Origin: Candidatus Dojkabacteria bacterium
GTDB taxonomy: Bacteria > Patescibacteriota > Dojkabacteria > SC72
Length of the DNA stretch: 64,000 nt
Reading direction: 5' to 3'
NCBI GenBank assembly: GCA_040767225.1
Contig: JAXGOY010000002.1
Location: forward strand, 17,410 to 81,409
Shown in pieces: positions 17,809-27,754 of the stretch (the first letter of the stretch is position 1; each line of letters begins with the position of its first letter). The notes under the pieces were generated by a model, which saw nothing but the letters and a program-made list of their open reading frames with translations, ran no database searches and was not told the origin of the DNA. The position numbers and the translations under genes are program-made.

Positions 17809-20800
17809 TTATAATATAGCATCCTTACATATAGATCTAAAATCACAATATTTACACTTAAAACTGCTTGGAGTTGCAGTAAATTCTCTATCTTTAATCC
17901 TCCTTACTATCTCATACACACTCTCTTTTGCTTTTTCTCTTCTCTCTTCAGAAATATCCACTTCTATCTCTACACCCTCTTCTATAAATATATACTTTGC
18001 TCTTTTAACTTTTACACCAAGACTTTGCTCTGCGAAAATACAGTACAAAGGAAGCTGTAAATCATTCTTTATATCTGCCTCGTCTTTTAAATGACCTGTT
18101 TTATAATCAATTATTTCTACCTCTGGAATATCCCCTGCTTTTACCAAATCTATTCTATCAATCTTTCCAACAAAACTTCCCTCTGGAAGATGCACTGTAA
18201 ATGGCTGCTCCAACCTGTATGGGTTCTGCTCTGTACTAAAGAACTTTTTGTAATACTCTTTCATTGCTTTAATACCACTCTTTTTTCTATCCTCTTCATG
18301 CTTTTTATTTTCATATCCCTTACTTATCCAATTTTTATTAAAAATCTCTATTAACTCCCCCTCTGTTGGAGGGTTTGTAATTCCAAGTCCCTCTTTGTAT
18401 CTTTGAAGAAGGGTATAGAAATCTTTAAGGGTTTTATGAATGGTAGATCCAAAAGACAAAGATGCATGCGGCAGTGTTGGTATCTGCAAAACATATGCAT
18501 ACTCATACTTCTTAGGACAGTCAATATATGTATCTATTTGAGAATAACTAACCTTATCTCCCACTTCCATTTTTACATTTTCAGGAACAATGTTTTTAGT
18601 ATCTTCTTTATAAACATTTAAACCCTCATCTGATTTCGTAACCATTGGATTATTAAAATCTTCTGTAACATCTCTATCTAATATCTCATTTAGAAATATA
18701 CTCGGTTTCTTTTTTCTTTTAGCATTTCCATAAAAATTAGCAGCAGTAAGATATAGCTTTTCCTTAGCACGAGTTGCACCTACATAGAATAATCTTCTCT
18801 CTTCTGCTAAATGCTCTTCTCTTTCATCTAAGCCAGATAATGTCTCTTTTATAAGTGCCTGAGGAATTGGAATTGTGTCTCTCCTATTTTGGGAAGGGAA
18901 TCTGTCAGCTACCAGATTAACTAAAAATACAACAGGAAACTCCAAACCTTTTGCACTATGAACAGTTAAAACATTTACAGCATCATACTCACTTAAATCC
19001 ATCTGATCTACCAGAGGAGAATCGCCAACTTCTATACTATAGTTTAAGAAATCAACATACTCATATACATTTGAATCAGGATTAGCACGCTCATATTCTT
19101 TAATAGTATTAAAAAATCTCGCAAGATTATTTGCTTTAAACTCTGCTAACGGTCCTTTCTCTTCAAGAAGACTATTAATATACCCACTTTCATTTATAAA
19201 ATAAAGAAGAATTTCACCCACAGACTTTTTCTCTTTAATCATTTGAGCACATTTGTCATATATTGTTAAAAACCTTTTAATATTTTCTCTTGAATTTTCT
19301 GAAAAGATCTTTTTACCTAACTCGTTAACTATAAACTCCATACTGTTTCCTATACTTACCCCAAACATACCTTCAAGCTCTTCCAAAACTGACACATGGT
19401 CCTCCCTTGCAATTCTGTTAATCTCTAGAAATTCTCTTGTAGACAAACCCCACTCTTGCATAGAAAGAACCATATACATAGACACTTCATCTGTATAATC
19501 TGTTAGGGCTTTTAAAAAAGATATAAGAACCTTAATTTCCTCTCTAAAATACAAACCTCTTGAACCACCCAGATTATAAGGAACACCAAAATACCTTAAG
19601 TTTTGTACAATACTATCTGCATGAGCATTTGCTCTAACCAATATTGCAACATCAGAAAATTTGTATTTTCTATCAGGAACAAGTTCAAGAAATGCAGACT
19701 GACCACTTTCATTAAACTTTTGAGTACCTCTGACAGATGTCTCATCTGAATTCCCAGTCAATGATAATATCTCTTTTGCTATCCACTCTCCCTCTGCATC
19801 TTCACTCTCAGCAGTAATTAAATTAACAACATCATCATCAAAAGGAAATGACTCCATTGCAATTAACCTTTTATCAACCTTTTCAGTTACCTCTAACCTG
19901 TATGGATTATTATTCTTAATCAAGCCATATGCACTATCAAGTATCTTCTGATGAGATCTGTAATTCTCTGTTAAAACAATCTTTTTTGCCTTAGGATAAT
20001 ACTGCTTAAATTGCAGTATGTTTGAAATAGCTGCACCTCTAAATTTATAAATAGCTTGATCATCATCACCCACAACAGTTAAATTAGGATTTACCTTTCC
20101 TACTTTATCCATATCTTTTTTAGGATCTAACCCACTTAGTATATTTACTAGTACACTCTGGGAATAGTTAGTATCTTGAAACTCATCAACAAGAATATAT
20201 TTAAACTTCTCTTGGTATCTCTTTAATACATTAGGTTTTTCTCTAAAGAGCTTAATAGTAAGAAGTATTAAATCACCAAAATCAAGCATAGAGTTTTTCA
20301 TCTTAAGCTTTGTATACTCATCATATACTGTCGCAAGTTCTAAAGTGTCTTCATATTCTTCTTTTTCAACAGAATCCTTCTTTGAGAGAGCTCTTGCATA
20401 TTCCAAGTACTCTGCAGGAGAAACATCTTCATCTTGAAGTCTTGAAAAATGATCTAGTAGGTCACTTACAAACCTAGTAGGATTCCCATACGGTCTAAAT
20501 TTCTTTAGTGAGAGATCAAAGAGATGCTTTCTTAAAAATACATATGACTGGGCAGCAGACATTAGGATATAATCAGAATCTAAACCAATGTTATACCCCT
20601 CCTGCTTCAGTATCCTGTCACAGAAAGAATGAAATGTAGATATCCATACATCACCATACCCAATAGGCATACTCTCATCTACTCTTTGCAACATTTCATC
20701 AGCAGCCTTTTCAGTAAATGTAAGAGCAAGAATCTCATCAGGCTTAGCCCATTTACTATTAATAATATGAACTATTCTTTGTGTAATAACTGCAGTTTTC

Positions 20801-20886
20801 CCTGTACCTGCACCTGCAATAATTAAAAGTGCTCCTTTTTTGTACTCAACTGCCTGTTTCTGTTTTTCATTCAAGTTTAAATTCAT
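17809..20886 (-). CDS. UvrD/PcrA-family superfamily-1 helicase fused to a C-terminal PD-(D/E)XK nuclease domain with Cys cluster (AddB/Cas4-like)
   Basis: 1025 aa. Walker A AGAGTGKTAV near the N-terminus, UvrD-like helicase motifs. C-terminal ...CPKKYEY...DRIDL...CKYCDFRSICK nuclease/Fe-S-like signature. Confidence 0.8.
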   Translation of the reverse strand: MNLNLNEKQKQAVEYKKGALLIIAGAGTGKTAVITQRIVHIINSKWAKPDEILALTFTEKAADEMLQRVDESMPIGYGDVWISTFHSFCDRILKQEGYNIGLDSDYILMSAAQSYVFLRKHLFDLSLKKFRPYGNPTRFVSDLLDHFSRLQDEDVSPAEYLEYARALSKKDSVEKEEYEDTLELATVYDEYTKLKMKNSMLDFGDLILLTIKLFREKPNVLKRYQEKFKYILVDEFQDTNYSQSVLVNILSGLDPKKDMDKVGKVNPNLTVVGDDDQAIYKFRGAAISNILQFKQYYPKAKKIVLTENYRSHQKILDSAYGLIKNNNPYRLEVTEKVDKRLIAMESFPFDDDVVNLITAESEDAEGEWIAKEILSLTGNSDETSVRGTQKFNESGQSAFLELVPDRKYKFSDVAILVRANAHADSIVQNLRYFGVPYNLGGSRGLYFREEIKVLISFLKALTDYTDEVSMYMVLSMQEWGLSTREFLEINRIAREDHVSVLEELEGMFGVSIGNSMEFIVNELGKKIFSENSRENIKRFLTIYDKCAQMIKEKKSVGEILLYFINESGYINSLLEEKGPLAEFKANNLARFFNTIKEYERANPDSNVYEYVDFLNYSIEVGDSPLVDQMDLSEYDAVNVLTVHSAKGLEFPVVFLVNLVADRFPSQNRRDTIPIPQALIKETLSGLDEREEHLAEERRLFYVGATRAKEKLYLTAANFYGNAKRKKKPSIFLNEILDRDVTEDFNNPMVTKSDEGLNVYKEDTKNIVPENVKMEVGDKVSYSQIDTYIDCPKKYEYAYVLQIPTLPHASLSFGSTIHKTLKDFYTLLQRYKEGLGITNPPTEGELIEIFNKNWISKGYENKKHEEDRKKSGIKAMKEYYKKFFSTEQNPYRLEQPFTVHLPEGSFVGKIDRIDLVKAGDIPEVEIIDYKTGHLKDEADIKNDLQLPLYCIFAEQSLGVKVKRAKYIFIEEGVEIEVDISEERREKAKESVYEIVRRIKDREFTATPSSFKCKYCDFRSICKDAIL

Positions 20887-21752
20887 TTTGCAAGTTCTTT
20901 TAAATGAGATATTTCCTTTTGAGCAGTATCATATTCTTTAAGTGCAGGAGTTTCAAGAAGAAACGGAGTATTATAAAATTCTTTCCTATGAAGAATTTTA
21001 CTTAAAGTTTTGTCTCCCAATTTACCATCACCTAAATTTGCATGCCTATCTTTGTATGAGCCTAAGGTCACCATAGAATCATTAATATGAATTGCTTTTA
21101 CTCGTTCAAATCCTAAAGTTTCCCCTATCTCCAAAACAACACTATCTAAATCATTAACCCAGTCATATCCAGCAGCATATGTATGCTGTGTATCAACAAC
21201 AAAACCCACCCTATTCTTCTCTTTACATCCTTCTCTCATCTCTCTAAGCTCAGTAAAACTACTCCCCAAATTACCACCAGAGCCAGCAGTAGTTTCTATC
21301 AAAAGCTTTTGATCTCCCCCCACCTCATTTAACACCCAATCAATACCATATGAAATTCTTTCTAAGCTATCCTCGTAATTAAGTTCTTTTTTTGAACCAG
21401 GATGGAAACATATTCCTAAAATCTCAGCATCTATTTTCTCTTTCTTTATCATCTCACTTACTCTATTAGCAAAATCTAAATATACAACCAAACCCATTTT
21501 TCCTAAATGAAACAGTCTTTTATCCTTTCTTGCAAGATTAGTAAGATATATACCATGTATTAAAATTTTCTTAACACCAGAACCTTTTAATGTTTCAACA
21601 AACTGCTTAATAACTTCCTCAGGTATAGGCTTTGTTGCCCATCTCATTGGAGGAGAAAGCATAATTTGTATGCTATTAATGTCATACAAATCTCCCTGTT
21701 TTATTGTATTTTCTATACCTCCTGCTCCAGATACATGTGCTCCTAAATACAT
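20883..21752 (-). CDS. nfo: Endonuclease IV (AP endonuclease family 2)
   Basis: 289 aa. N-terminus MYLGAHVSGAGGIENT and internal ...ICFHPGS... align to the Nfo TIM-barrel pattern. Confidence 0.85.
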   Translation of the reverse strand: MYLGAHVSGAGGIENTIKQGDLYDINSIQIMLSPPMRWATKPIPEEVIKQFVETLKGSGVKKILIHGIYLTNLARKDKRLFHLGKMGLVVYLDFANRVSEMIKKEKIDAEILGICFHPGSKKELNYEDSLERISYGIDWVLNEVGGDQKLLIETTAGSGGNLGSSFTELREMREGCKEKNRVGFVVDTQHTYAAGYDWVNDLDSVVLEIGETLGFERVKAIHINDSMVTLGSYKDRHANLGDGKLGDKTLSKILHRKEFYNTPFLLETPALKEYDTAQKEISHLKELAK

Positions 21753-21821
21753 ATACTGTATTTTAAAGCAAATCTCTCTCTTTATCCACTAGGTTGTATG
21801 ATATAATTTGAGGTGTCAATT

Positions 21822-21910
21822 GGAGAGGTGCCTGAGTGGTCGAAAGGAACTCACTGCTAACGAGTCGTAGATCTAAAAGTCTACCGAGGGTTCGAATCCC
21901 TCCCTCTCCG
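21822..21910 (+). tRNA. tRNA-Ser (anticodon GCU), class II long variable arm
   Basis: GGAGAGG-TG-CCTG-AGTGGTCGAA-AGG-A-ACTCA-CTGCTAA-CGAGT-(long variable arm)-GAGGG-TTCGAAT-CCCTC-CCTCTCC-G. Confidence 0.85.
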
Positions 21911-21945
21911 TTTCTTTTTCATAGATATTCCCCTATACTTTATAC

Positions 21946-23565
21946 ATGAATAAAAAGAAGAACTCTCCCATATCTTTTACCCTGCTATTTCTTCTCTCAA
22001 TATCACTTACCCTACTTCTCATCTGTACTTTTTTTGTAATTGCAAAAGATAACAAGAAAACAGAACAAAAGATTAGCAATACACAAGATATAACTCCCAA
22101 ACCAACCATAGAAGATATACAAATACCCAATTTTGATATACAACCAATATACTCCGATACAGACCTTAAAAAGTTCCCTCCCTATTATTATAAAATATTA
22201 AACCTACTAAAAACCTCTCTTTCTCAACATGAAAAAACCACTCTACTTCTTTATGGTCAAGCAACAGTAAAAACAAATTACACAAACATTACTAATGCAT
22301 ATACATACCTAATACAAAATAATATTCCGATACTAATTCCTCAAGAATATATAAACAGTTACATGAATACAGAATTTTCTACCCTGCTTAACAATGAACA
22401 AATACCTGAAGGAATAAAGGAAGATGTAAAAAGAGAAAGTAATACATTTAGAAATGAATATGAAAAATATATATATGATCAAACAGCTCTTACAGAAGAA
22501 CTCCCCACTGCTAATCAAGAAACTACTCAAAATACAGAAATAACTTCATTAGATTTTTTAATACTCTTAGAATCACAATCAATAAATGAAGCATATTACA
22601 AATTAAAAGTTCTTAAATTCCTAAACAAAGAGAATACCTATCTAACCTCTATTTTAGATACTCTTTTAGAATACTCTTCTTATATACAAAATTCTGATAC
22701 TAAAATTAAATTATCCAACCTTTTAAACCCAATTATATTTAATAATCTAAACAATAAGACTGGAATTGTATATTGGAATATGTTTGTATTTAAAGATAAA
22801 ACATATGTATACCCTATGTATATAACACAAGAGTTTACTGTAAATGATGCCAACTTTAACGAGCCATACGATGTAGAACCTCTTCTACAAAGTAAAAAAT
22901 CAGTAAGAGTTCCTATCCTTATGTACCACCATATAGACCCAATGCCAAGTAGTGGTTCAAAAAACACTCTCGGTCTTTATGTAACACCTGAAGTATTTGA
23001 AGAACAATTGGCATACTTAGTTAAAAAGAATTACAGAAGTATTACTCCGCAGGAGTTGTATAACCTTCTTAAAAGTGGTAAAAACCCCTCTCAAAAGAGT
23101 GTAATGATTACATTCGATGATTCAACAAAAGGCCAGTACATCAACGCATATCCACTATTAAAGAAATATGGATTTACAGCTGTTTACTTTGTCCCTTCTA
23201 AGAAGTCTTCAATAACATATGCACAGTTAAAGAACATGGGAAAGAACGGAATGATAATAGGGTCCCACTCGGCCACACATATAGACTTAGTAAAAGAGGA
23301 TGATGAACAGAAACTATACTCCGAAATTGTAGAAAGCAGATATTCACTTCAAAGTGGTACAGGGCAGGATGTCATATTCATATCTTACCCAGGATGTATT
23401 GCAGACTCACAGGTATATCCCTATGTCATACAGGCAGGATATCTCCTTGGGGGAAGCTGCGGCAAATCAATAGATCATTACTTTCGTAATCGACTATCTT
23501 TATCAAGAGTTCATGTGTTTAATAGCTTAGATAACCTAAAAGACATACTATCAGGGAAACCTTAA
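21946..23565 (+). CDS. Membrane-anchored polysaccharide deacetylase (NodB-homology domain) with long N-terminal extracytoplasmic region
   Basis: 539 aa. N-terminal TM. C-terminal ...ILMYHHIDP...ITFDDSTKGQY...IIGSHSATH... matches conserved CE4/NodB motifs. Confidence 0.7.
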   Translation: MNKKKNSPISFTLLFLLSISLTLLLICTFFVIAKDNKKTEQKISNTQDITPKPTIEDIQIPNFDIQPIYSDTDLKKFPPYYYKILNLLKTSLSQHEKTTLLLYGQATVKTNYTNITNAYTYLIQNNIPILIPQEYINSYMNTEFSTLLNNEQIPEGIKEDVKRESNTFRNEYEKYIYDQTALTEELPTANQETTQNTEITSLDFLILLESQSINEAYYKLKVLKFLNKENTYLTSILDTLLEYSSYIQNSDTKIKLSNLLNPIIFNNLNNKTGIVYWNMFVFKDKTYVYPMYITQEFTVNDANFNEPYDVEPLLQSKKSVRVPILMYHHIDPMPSSGSKNTLGLYVTPEVFEEQLAYLVKKNYRSITPQELYNLLKSGKNPSQKSVMITFDDSTKGQYINAYPLLKKYGFTAVYFVPSKKSSITYAQLKNMGKNGMIIGSHSATHIDLVKEDDEQKLYSEIVESRYSLQSGTGQDVIFISYPGCIADSQVYPYVIQAGYLLGGSCGKSIDHYFRNRLSLSRVHVFNSLDNLKDILSGKP

Positions 23566-23619
23566 TCTCTTTCAATAAACTCCTTGTATTTTTATAGTAG
23601 ATAACATAACATTTTACAT

Positions 23620-24336
23620 ATGGAAGAGCAGAAAAAGAATTTTACACAAGGCTTACTCATCACTTTTGGAGTAATAATCTTAGGCCTTGTTAGCTACATC
23701 TACTACTACTCACATATACTCCCTCAAAGATCTGCTCCTAGATGTGAGTACAAAGGATGGGCATATGCAGATAAAGAAATATTTGATATGGGAGATGATT
23801 GTAATATGTGTTTTTGTAGTGATGGGGAAGTAATTTGTTCAAACAAAAATTGCAGTAATTTAAATCAAGAAATTGTACAAATATCTACAGACAAAAAAGG
23901 GTATAAACAGGGAGAAAATATAGATATTACAATATTAAATAACACAACATCCCCTGTCTACTATTACATTCAAGACAACTCTTTTTGGAAAGTTGAAAAA
24001 CAAGAAAATGAAGATTGGATAAACATCAAAGATGTCCCCTCTATTAAAAATTCAGGGGTTATTATTAATAACGATAAAATAAAAGCGGGAGACTCATGTA
24101 CTCTCATATCACAACAACAAACAGGGTTAAACGAATTAAAACAAGGACAAGGCATAGAATCAAAATGGGTACAGTTTCTATGTACTCCAAAAGAAAATTT
24201 AACAACAGGAACAGTACAATATCTTCCTGCTGGACAGTATAGATTTGTCTTTACATATGGTAATTTAACAGAAGGAAAACCAGATGTGTTATCAGATGTA
24301 AAAACAGCATATTCAGATACATTCACCATTAAATAA
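23620..24336 (+). CDS. Membrane-anchored Cys-rich hypothetical protein
   Basis: 238 aa. N-terminal TM, then Cys cluster CEYKGWAYADKEIFDMGDDCNMCFCSDGEVICSNKNCSN. No assigned family. Confidence 0.35.
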   Translation: MEEQKKNFTQGLLITFGVIILGLVSYIYYYSHILPQRSAPRCEYKGWAYADKEIFDMGDDCNMCFCSDGEVICSNKNCSNLNQEIVQISTDKKGYKQGENIDITILNNTTSPVYYYIQDNSFWKVEKQENEDWINIKDVPSIKNSGVIINNDKIKAGDSCTLISQQQTGLNELKQGQGIESKWVQFLCTPKENLTTGTVQYLPAGQYRFVFTYGNLTEGKPDVLSDVKTAYSDTFTIK

Positions 24337-24414
24337 CCATATGTTTTTGTTATTCTTGCATTCTTTATCCTTAACTGATATCTTTTTGTATTTATTTTTA
24401 TCTATTTAATAGTT

Positions 24415-25854
24415 ATGAATATACAATTAAAAGATTTTTTAGAAATACCATATACAGAATTAGAGAGATTAAACCTTGAAAGCAAGAAACGAAGAATTGA
24501 AAACTTTGGAAAAAGTAATAACAAGTTGAAAGAATATTACATACAATATCTTAAAAAAGAAACAAAAATAAAAGCAGTAACAGTGAGCTTTACAGACATT
24601 GAAGGAAAATTCCATATGCTTGATTATGATAAAGATTACATTCTAGAAGCAGATGACAATCTTACATTTGACGGCTCCTCTGTAAAAGGTTTTACACATG
24701 TAGCAGAATCTGATTTAAGACTTAAATTAGACTGGAGTACATTCTACTGGCTTCCAAGTGATGTCTTCGGACCAGGAAAAGTAATGATATTTGCAGAAGT
24801 ATATACATCAGAAGGCAAACCCCACCCTTCTGACTTTAGATCAAGGTTAAGAGAATATACAAGACAACTTTACAAAAAAGAAAACTACCTAATAATTGCA
24901 GCAAATGAAATAGAGGGAATACTTGTACAAGGTTTAGATGCAGAGATTAATTTTAACGAACTAGAAGGTTTTAAACTTGCATCAAGCGGAGGATATTATC
25001 ACTCTCTTCCATTAGACAACCTAAGAGTATTTATTGATGCAACAGCAGAAGCACATAGGGCACTGGGATTTGAAAATGAAAAAGATCATCCAGAGGTAGC
25101 TCCTTCTCAATTTGAATTAAATTACAAACCTTCTCTTGTAGAAATTGCGGCAGATCAGGTTCAACTATACAAACTAGCTGCAAGACAGGTGGCAGAAATA
25201 CAAGGAATGACAGCAACATTTCTTCCAAAGCCTTTAGTTGGAATAAATGGGAATGGTATGCATACAAATATATCAATAGAAAAGGAAGGCAAAAATATCT
25301 TTTATGAAAAGAATGGAGAAATTCACCTTTCACAGCTAGGTACTGATTTTGTTGATAGGATATTAAATAAAGCAAGAGCAATATCTCTTGTATTAAACCC
25401 AAGTGTAAATGCATATAGAAGGTTAGATCCTAAATTTGAAGCTCCTAATCAAATAAAGGCCTCTGCAGTAAATAGATCTGCAATGATAAGGATACCTTTA
25501 GCAAACGAAAGGTCTGCAAGAATAGAGGTAAGATCTGTTTCTCCTGATGTAAACCCGTACATGCTTTACTACACTCTTCTAAGAGTAGGTTTAGAGGGCC
25601 CTAAACAAAGAATAACAAAGGAAATAACTCCAAGGACCAAGTTACTCCCAGATAATATATATGATGCTATAAAGTACTTTAGAAGGTCTAGTTTAACTAC
25701 AGAGATATTTGGTCAAGAGCCAAAGAATAAATATATTGAATTAAAACAAGCTTCTGCGGATAGATGCCCTAAATCATTAGGGTCTAAGGTAAAAAGATCA
25801 GAGGTAATATTTCATCATGAAATAACAAATCAGTTGCTATGGAATGAGTTTTAA
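24415..25854 (+). CDS. glnA: Glutamine synthetase family protein (GlnA-type catalytic domain)
   Basis: 479 aa. ...DHPEVAPSQFELNY... and ...NGMHTNISI... resemble GS catalytic-domain motifs. C-terminal ...SAMIRIPL...ARIEVRS... matches the GS Arg-containing region. Confidence 0.75.
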   Translation: MNIQLKDFLEIPYTELERLNLESKKRRIENFGKSNNKLKEYYIQYLKKETKIKAVTVSFTDIEGKFHMLDYDKDYILEADDNLTFDGSSVKGFTHVAESDLRLKLDWSTFYWLPSDVFGPGKVMIFAEVYTSEGKPHPSDFRSRLREYTRQLYKKENYLIIAANEIEGILVQGLDAEINFNELEGFKLASSGGYYHSLPLDNLRVFIDATAEAHRALGFENEKDHPEVAPSQFELNYKPSLVEIAADQVQLYKLAARQVAEIQGMTATFLPKPLVGINGNGMHTNISIEKEGKNIFYEKNGEIHLSQLGTDFVDRILNKARAISLVLNPSVNAYRRLDPKFEAPNQIKASAVNRSAMIRIPLANERSARIEVRSVSPDVNPYMLYYTLLRVGLEGPKQRITKEITPRTKLLPDNIYDAIKYFRRSSLTTEIFGQEPKNKYIELKQASADRCPKSLGSKVKRSEVIFHHEITNQLLWNEF

Positions 25855-26477
25855 TTATCTTCCCTTTTCTTAAGCAACAAACCAAATACAAGATAGAAAA
25901 CAAATATTCCCAACAAACCAACAGAAAGGTCCATCATCGTATCATCTATTCCCCCTTTTAACATCTGAGTAGAAAACAATCTGTCACTCCAATATTCATA
26001 TATCTCCCAGAGAGCAGTAATCCCAAAAGATATTGAACTAGCTAATACTAAACTAATACCCTTTGAATATTGTTTAATAGTAAAAAAATACCTAAATATC
26101 CCAATAGATATTAGAAGAGGAGCAACAAAATGTACAAAGTCATCAAACCATAATACTGCAAAAATCCCATTGATATCATACCAGCCCCAAAAGTTCCCTA
26201 AAGTATCTAAAAAGAATATTACATTCAGAAGAAATACAATTAAAACCCTATTAAGGTCTTTATAATACTTTTTCTTAAAATAAAGAGTTAACAGGAGAGA
26301 ATTAATAACAACAATAGCAGTTAATCTCCCAGTATAATCAAGTAAATAGTTAGTAATACCCAAACTCTCAGGATTAACTATTCCTAATGAAAATAACAAA
26401 CAAAGAAGCAATAATCCAAAATGAACAATACAAGAGAATATAAATCCAAACCAATATATTTGAGCCCTATTTCTCAT
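25851..26477 (-). CDS. Polytopic membrane protein (hypothetical, DUF2238/YjdF-like)
   Basis: 208 aa with about six hydrophobic helices. WEIYEYWSD motif. Confidence 0.35.
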   Translation of the reverse strand: MRNRAQIYWFGFIFSCIVHFGLLLLCLLFSLGIVNPESLGITNYLLDYTGRLTAIVVINSLLLTLYFKKKYYKDLNRVLIVFLLNVIFFLDTLGNFWGWYDINGIFAVLWFDDFVHFVAPLLISIGIFRYFFTIKQYSKGISLVLASSISFGITALWEIYEYWSDRLFSTQMLKGGIDDTMMDLSVGLLGIFVFYLVFGLLLKKREDN

Positions 26478-26553
26478 ATCCTATTCCTAGATAATATCAA
26501 AATAGAATCTACAAAGGAAATTAACCGTAATTTAAACAATAATGACCTTAATA

Positions 26554-26962
26554 TGGTGGAGACGGTGGGACTTGAACCCACGTCCAAAAGCTAAGTACAG
26601 TCTCATTTACAAATATATTTAGATTTATATAGTTAGATTAAACTAAAAAATCTAACAAAAAGTCTAATCTACTCGGTAATTAATTTCACTAAGTATCCTC
26701 TACCGACAAAGAATACAAAGCATACCCTAGTAACGACTGTCTATATCTCTTAACTAGGGATAAGGGAAATAGACATTGACTAATATTTAGTCAAACTTAT
26801 GCAAAGTTAAAAGCATAATTAGGCATGCTAAAAGCAGCCTTCAGCTTACTTGCAAAAGCGTTAATTTTGTTTTCTACACTTATCTGTGTTTAAGTTTTAC
26901 GAACTTAAAAACGATTTGTGATAACTGCACTTACAGACTTTTGTCGAAAGCCTGACGTCCCC
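26554..26962 (-). ncRNA. ssrA: tmRNA (SsrA)
   Basis: Minus-strand 5' end GGGGACGTCAGGCTTTCGAC. 3' end is a tRNA-like T-arm plus acceptor GGACGTGGGTTCAAGTCCCACCGTCTCCACCA, pairing with the 5' GGGGACG (one G-U). A short internal reading window ends ...SMPNYAFNFA-stop, reminiscent of canonical ...NYALAA tags. Lies in a 510-bp ORF-free gap. Confidence 0.75.
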
Positions 26963-26989
26963 AAGCTATTAAAGAACATATATATTATA

Positions 26990-27718
26990 CTACATTTCTC
27001 TCTTAACTGCCTCCCACATACTAATACCAGCAGCAATTGAAAGATTCAAAGAATCAATACTACTACTGTGAGGAATATATACACTCTCTCCAAGTTCTAA
27101 GTACTTTTCATCTAAACCTTTAGATTCATTGCCATGAATAATGGAATACGGTTCAACAAACTTTACATTCTCTACACTACTCTTTCCATTAAGCATAAAA
27201 GGGTAGAGATGATGGGAAGAAAACTTTGAAACATATTCTTCAATATTATTAAAATACTCAAAGTTAATACTAAATACAGCACCCATAGAAGCTCTTACTA
27301 CCAAAGGATCAAAGATATCTACAGCTGGTTTAATAATAGCTAAATTTTTGAAATCAAACCCAAGCATAGTTCTAAGTATTGTTCCTAAGTTTCCTGTGTT
27401 AGATGGATTAACTAATACAATATGATTTTCATCTTCTTTAATCTTTGAAGCATATTTCTTAAAAACACCGACTACATATGTATTCTCTTTTACAGATATT
27501 TTATCAATAAGCTTGTTATTTATTTGTGTATGTATATTTCTTTTCTCACACTCCTTCTGAATTGCAGGTATATTTCCATCTTTAAAACTATCTTCTTTAA
27601 ACAATACTTTTAAAACACTCTCCGGATGAAACTTTAATAACTCAATAACTGGATATGCACCAAAAGCATACGAATATGTAAAGTCTTTCTGGTATTTTTT
27701 AATCTTAGGTTGAAACAT
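26990..27718 (-). CDS. SpoU/TrmH-family RNA 2'-O-methyltransferase (SPOUT)
   Basis: 242 aa. Motifs NPSNTGNLGTILRT, IIHGNESKGL, LNLSIAAGISM. Confidence 0.75.
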   Translation of the reverse strand: MFQPKIKKYQKDFTYSYAFGAYPVIELLKFHPESVLKVLFKEDSFKDGNIPAIQKECEKRNIHTQINNKLIDKISVKENTYVVGVFKKYASKIKEDENHIVLVNPSNTGNLGTILRTMLGFDFKNLAIIKPAVDIFDPLVVRASMGAVFSINFEYFNNIEEYVSKFSSHHLYPFMLNGKSSVENVKFVEPYSIIHGNESKGLDEKYLELGESVYIPHSSSIDSLNLSIAAGISMWEAVKREM

Positions 27719-27754
27719 TTTACTTACTTCGCTTTAAGAATATCTTTAAAAATT

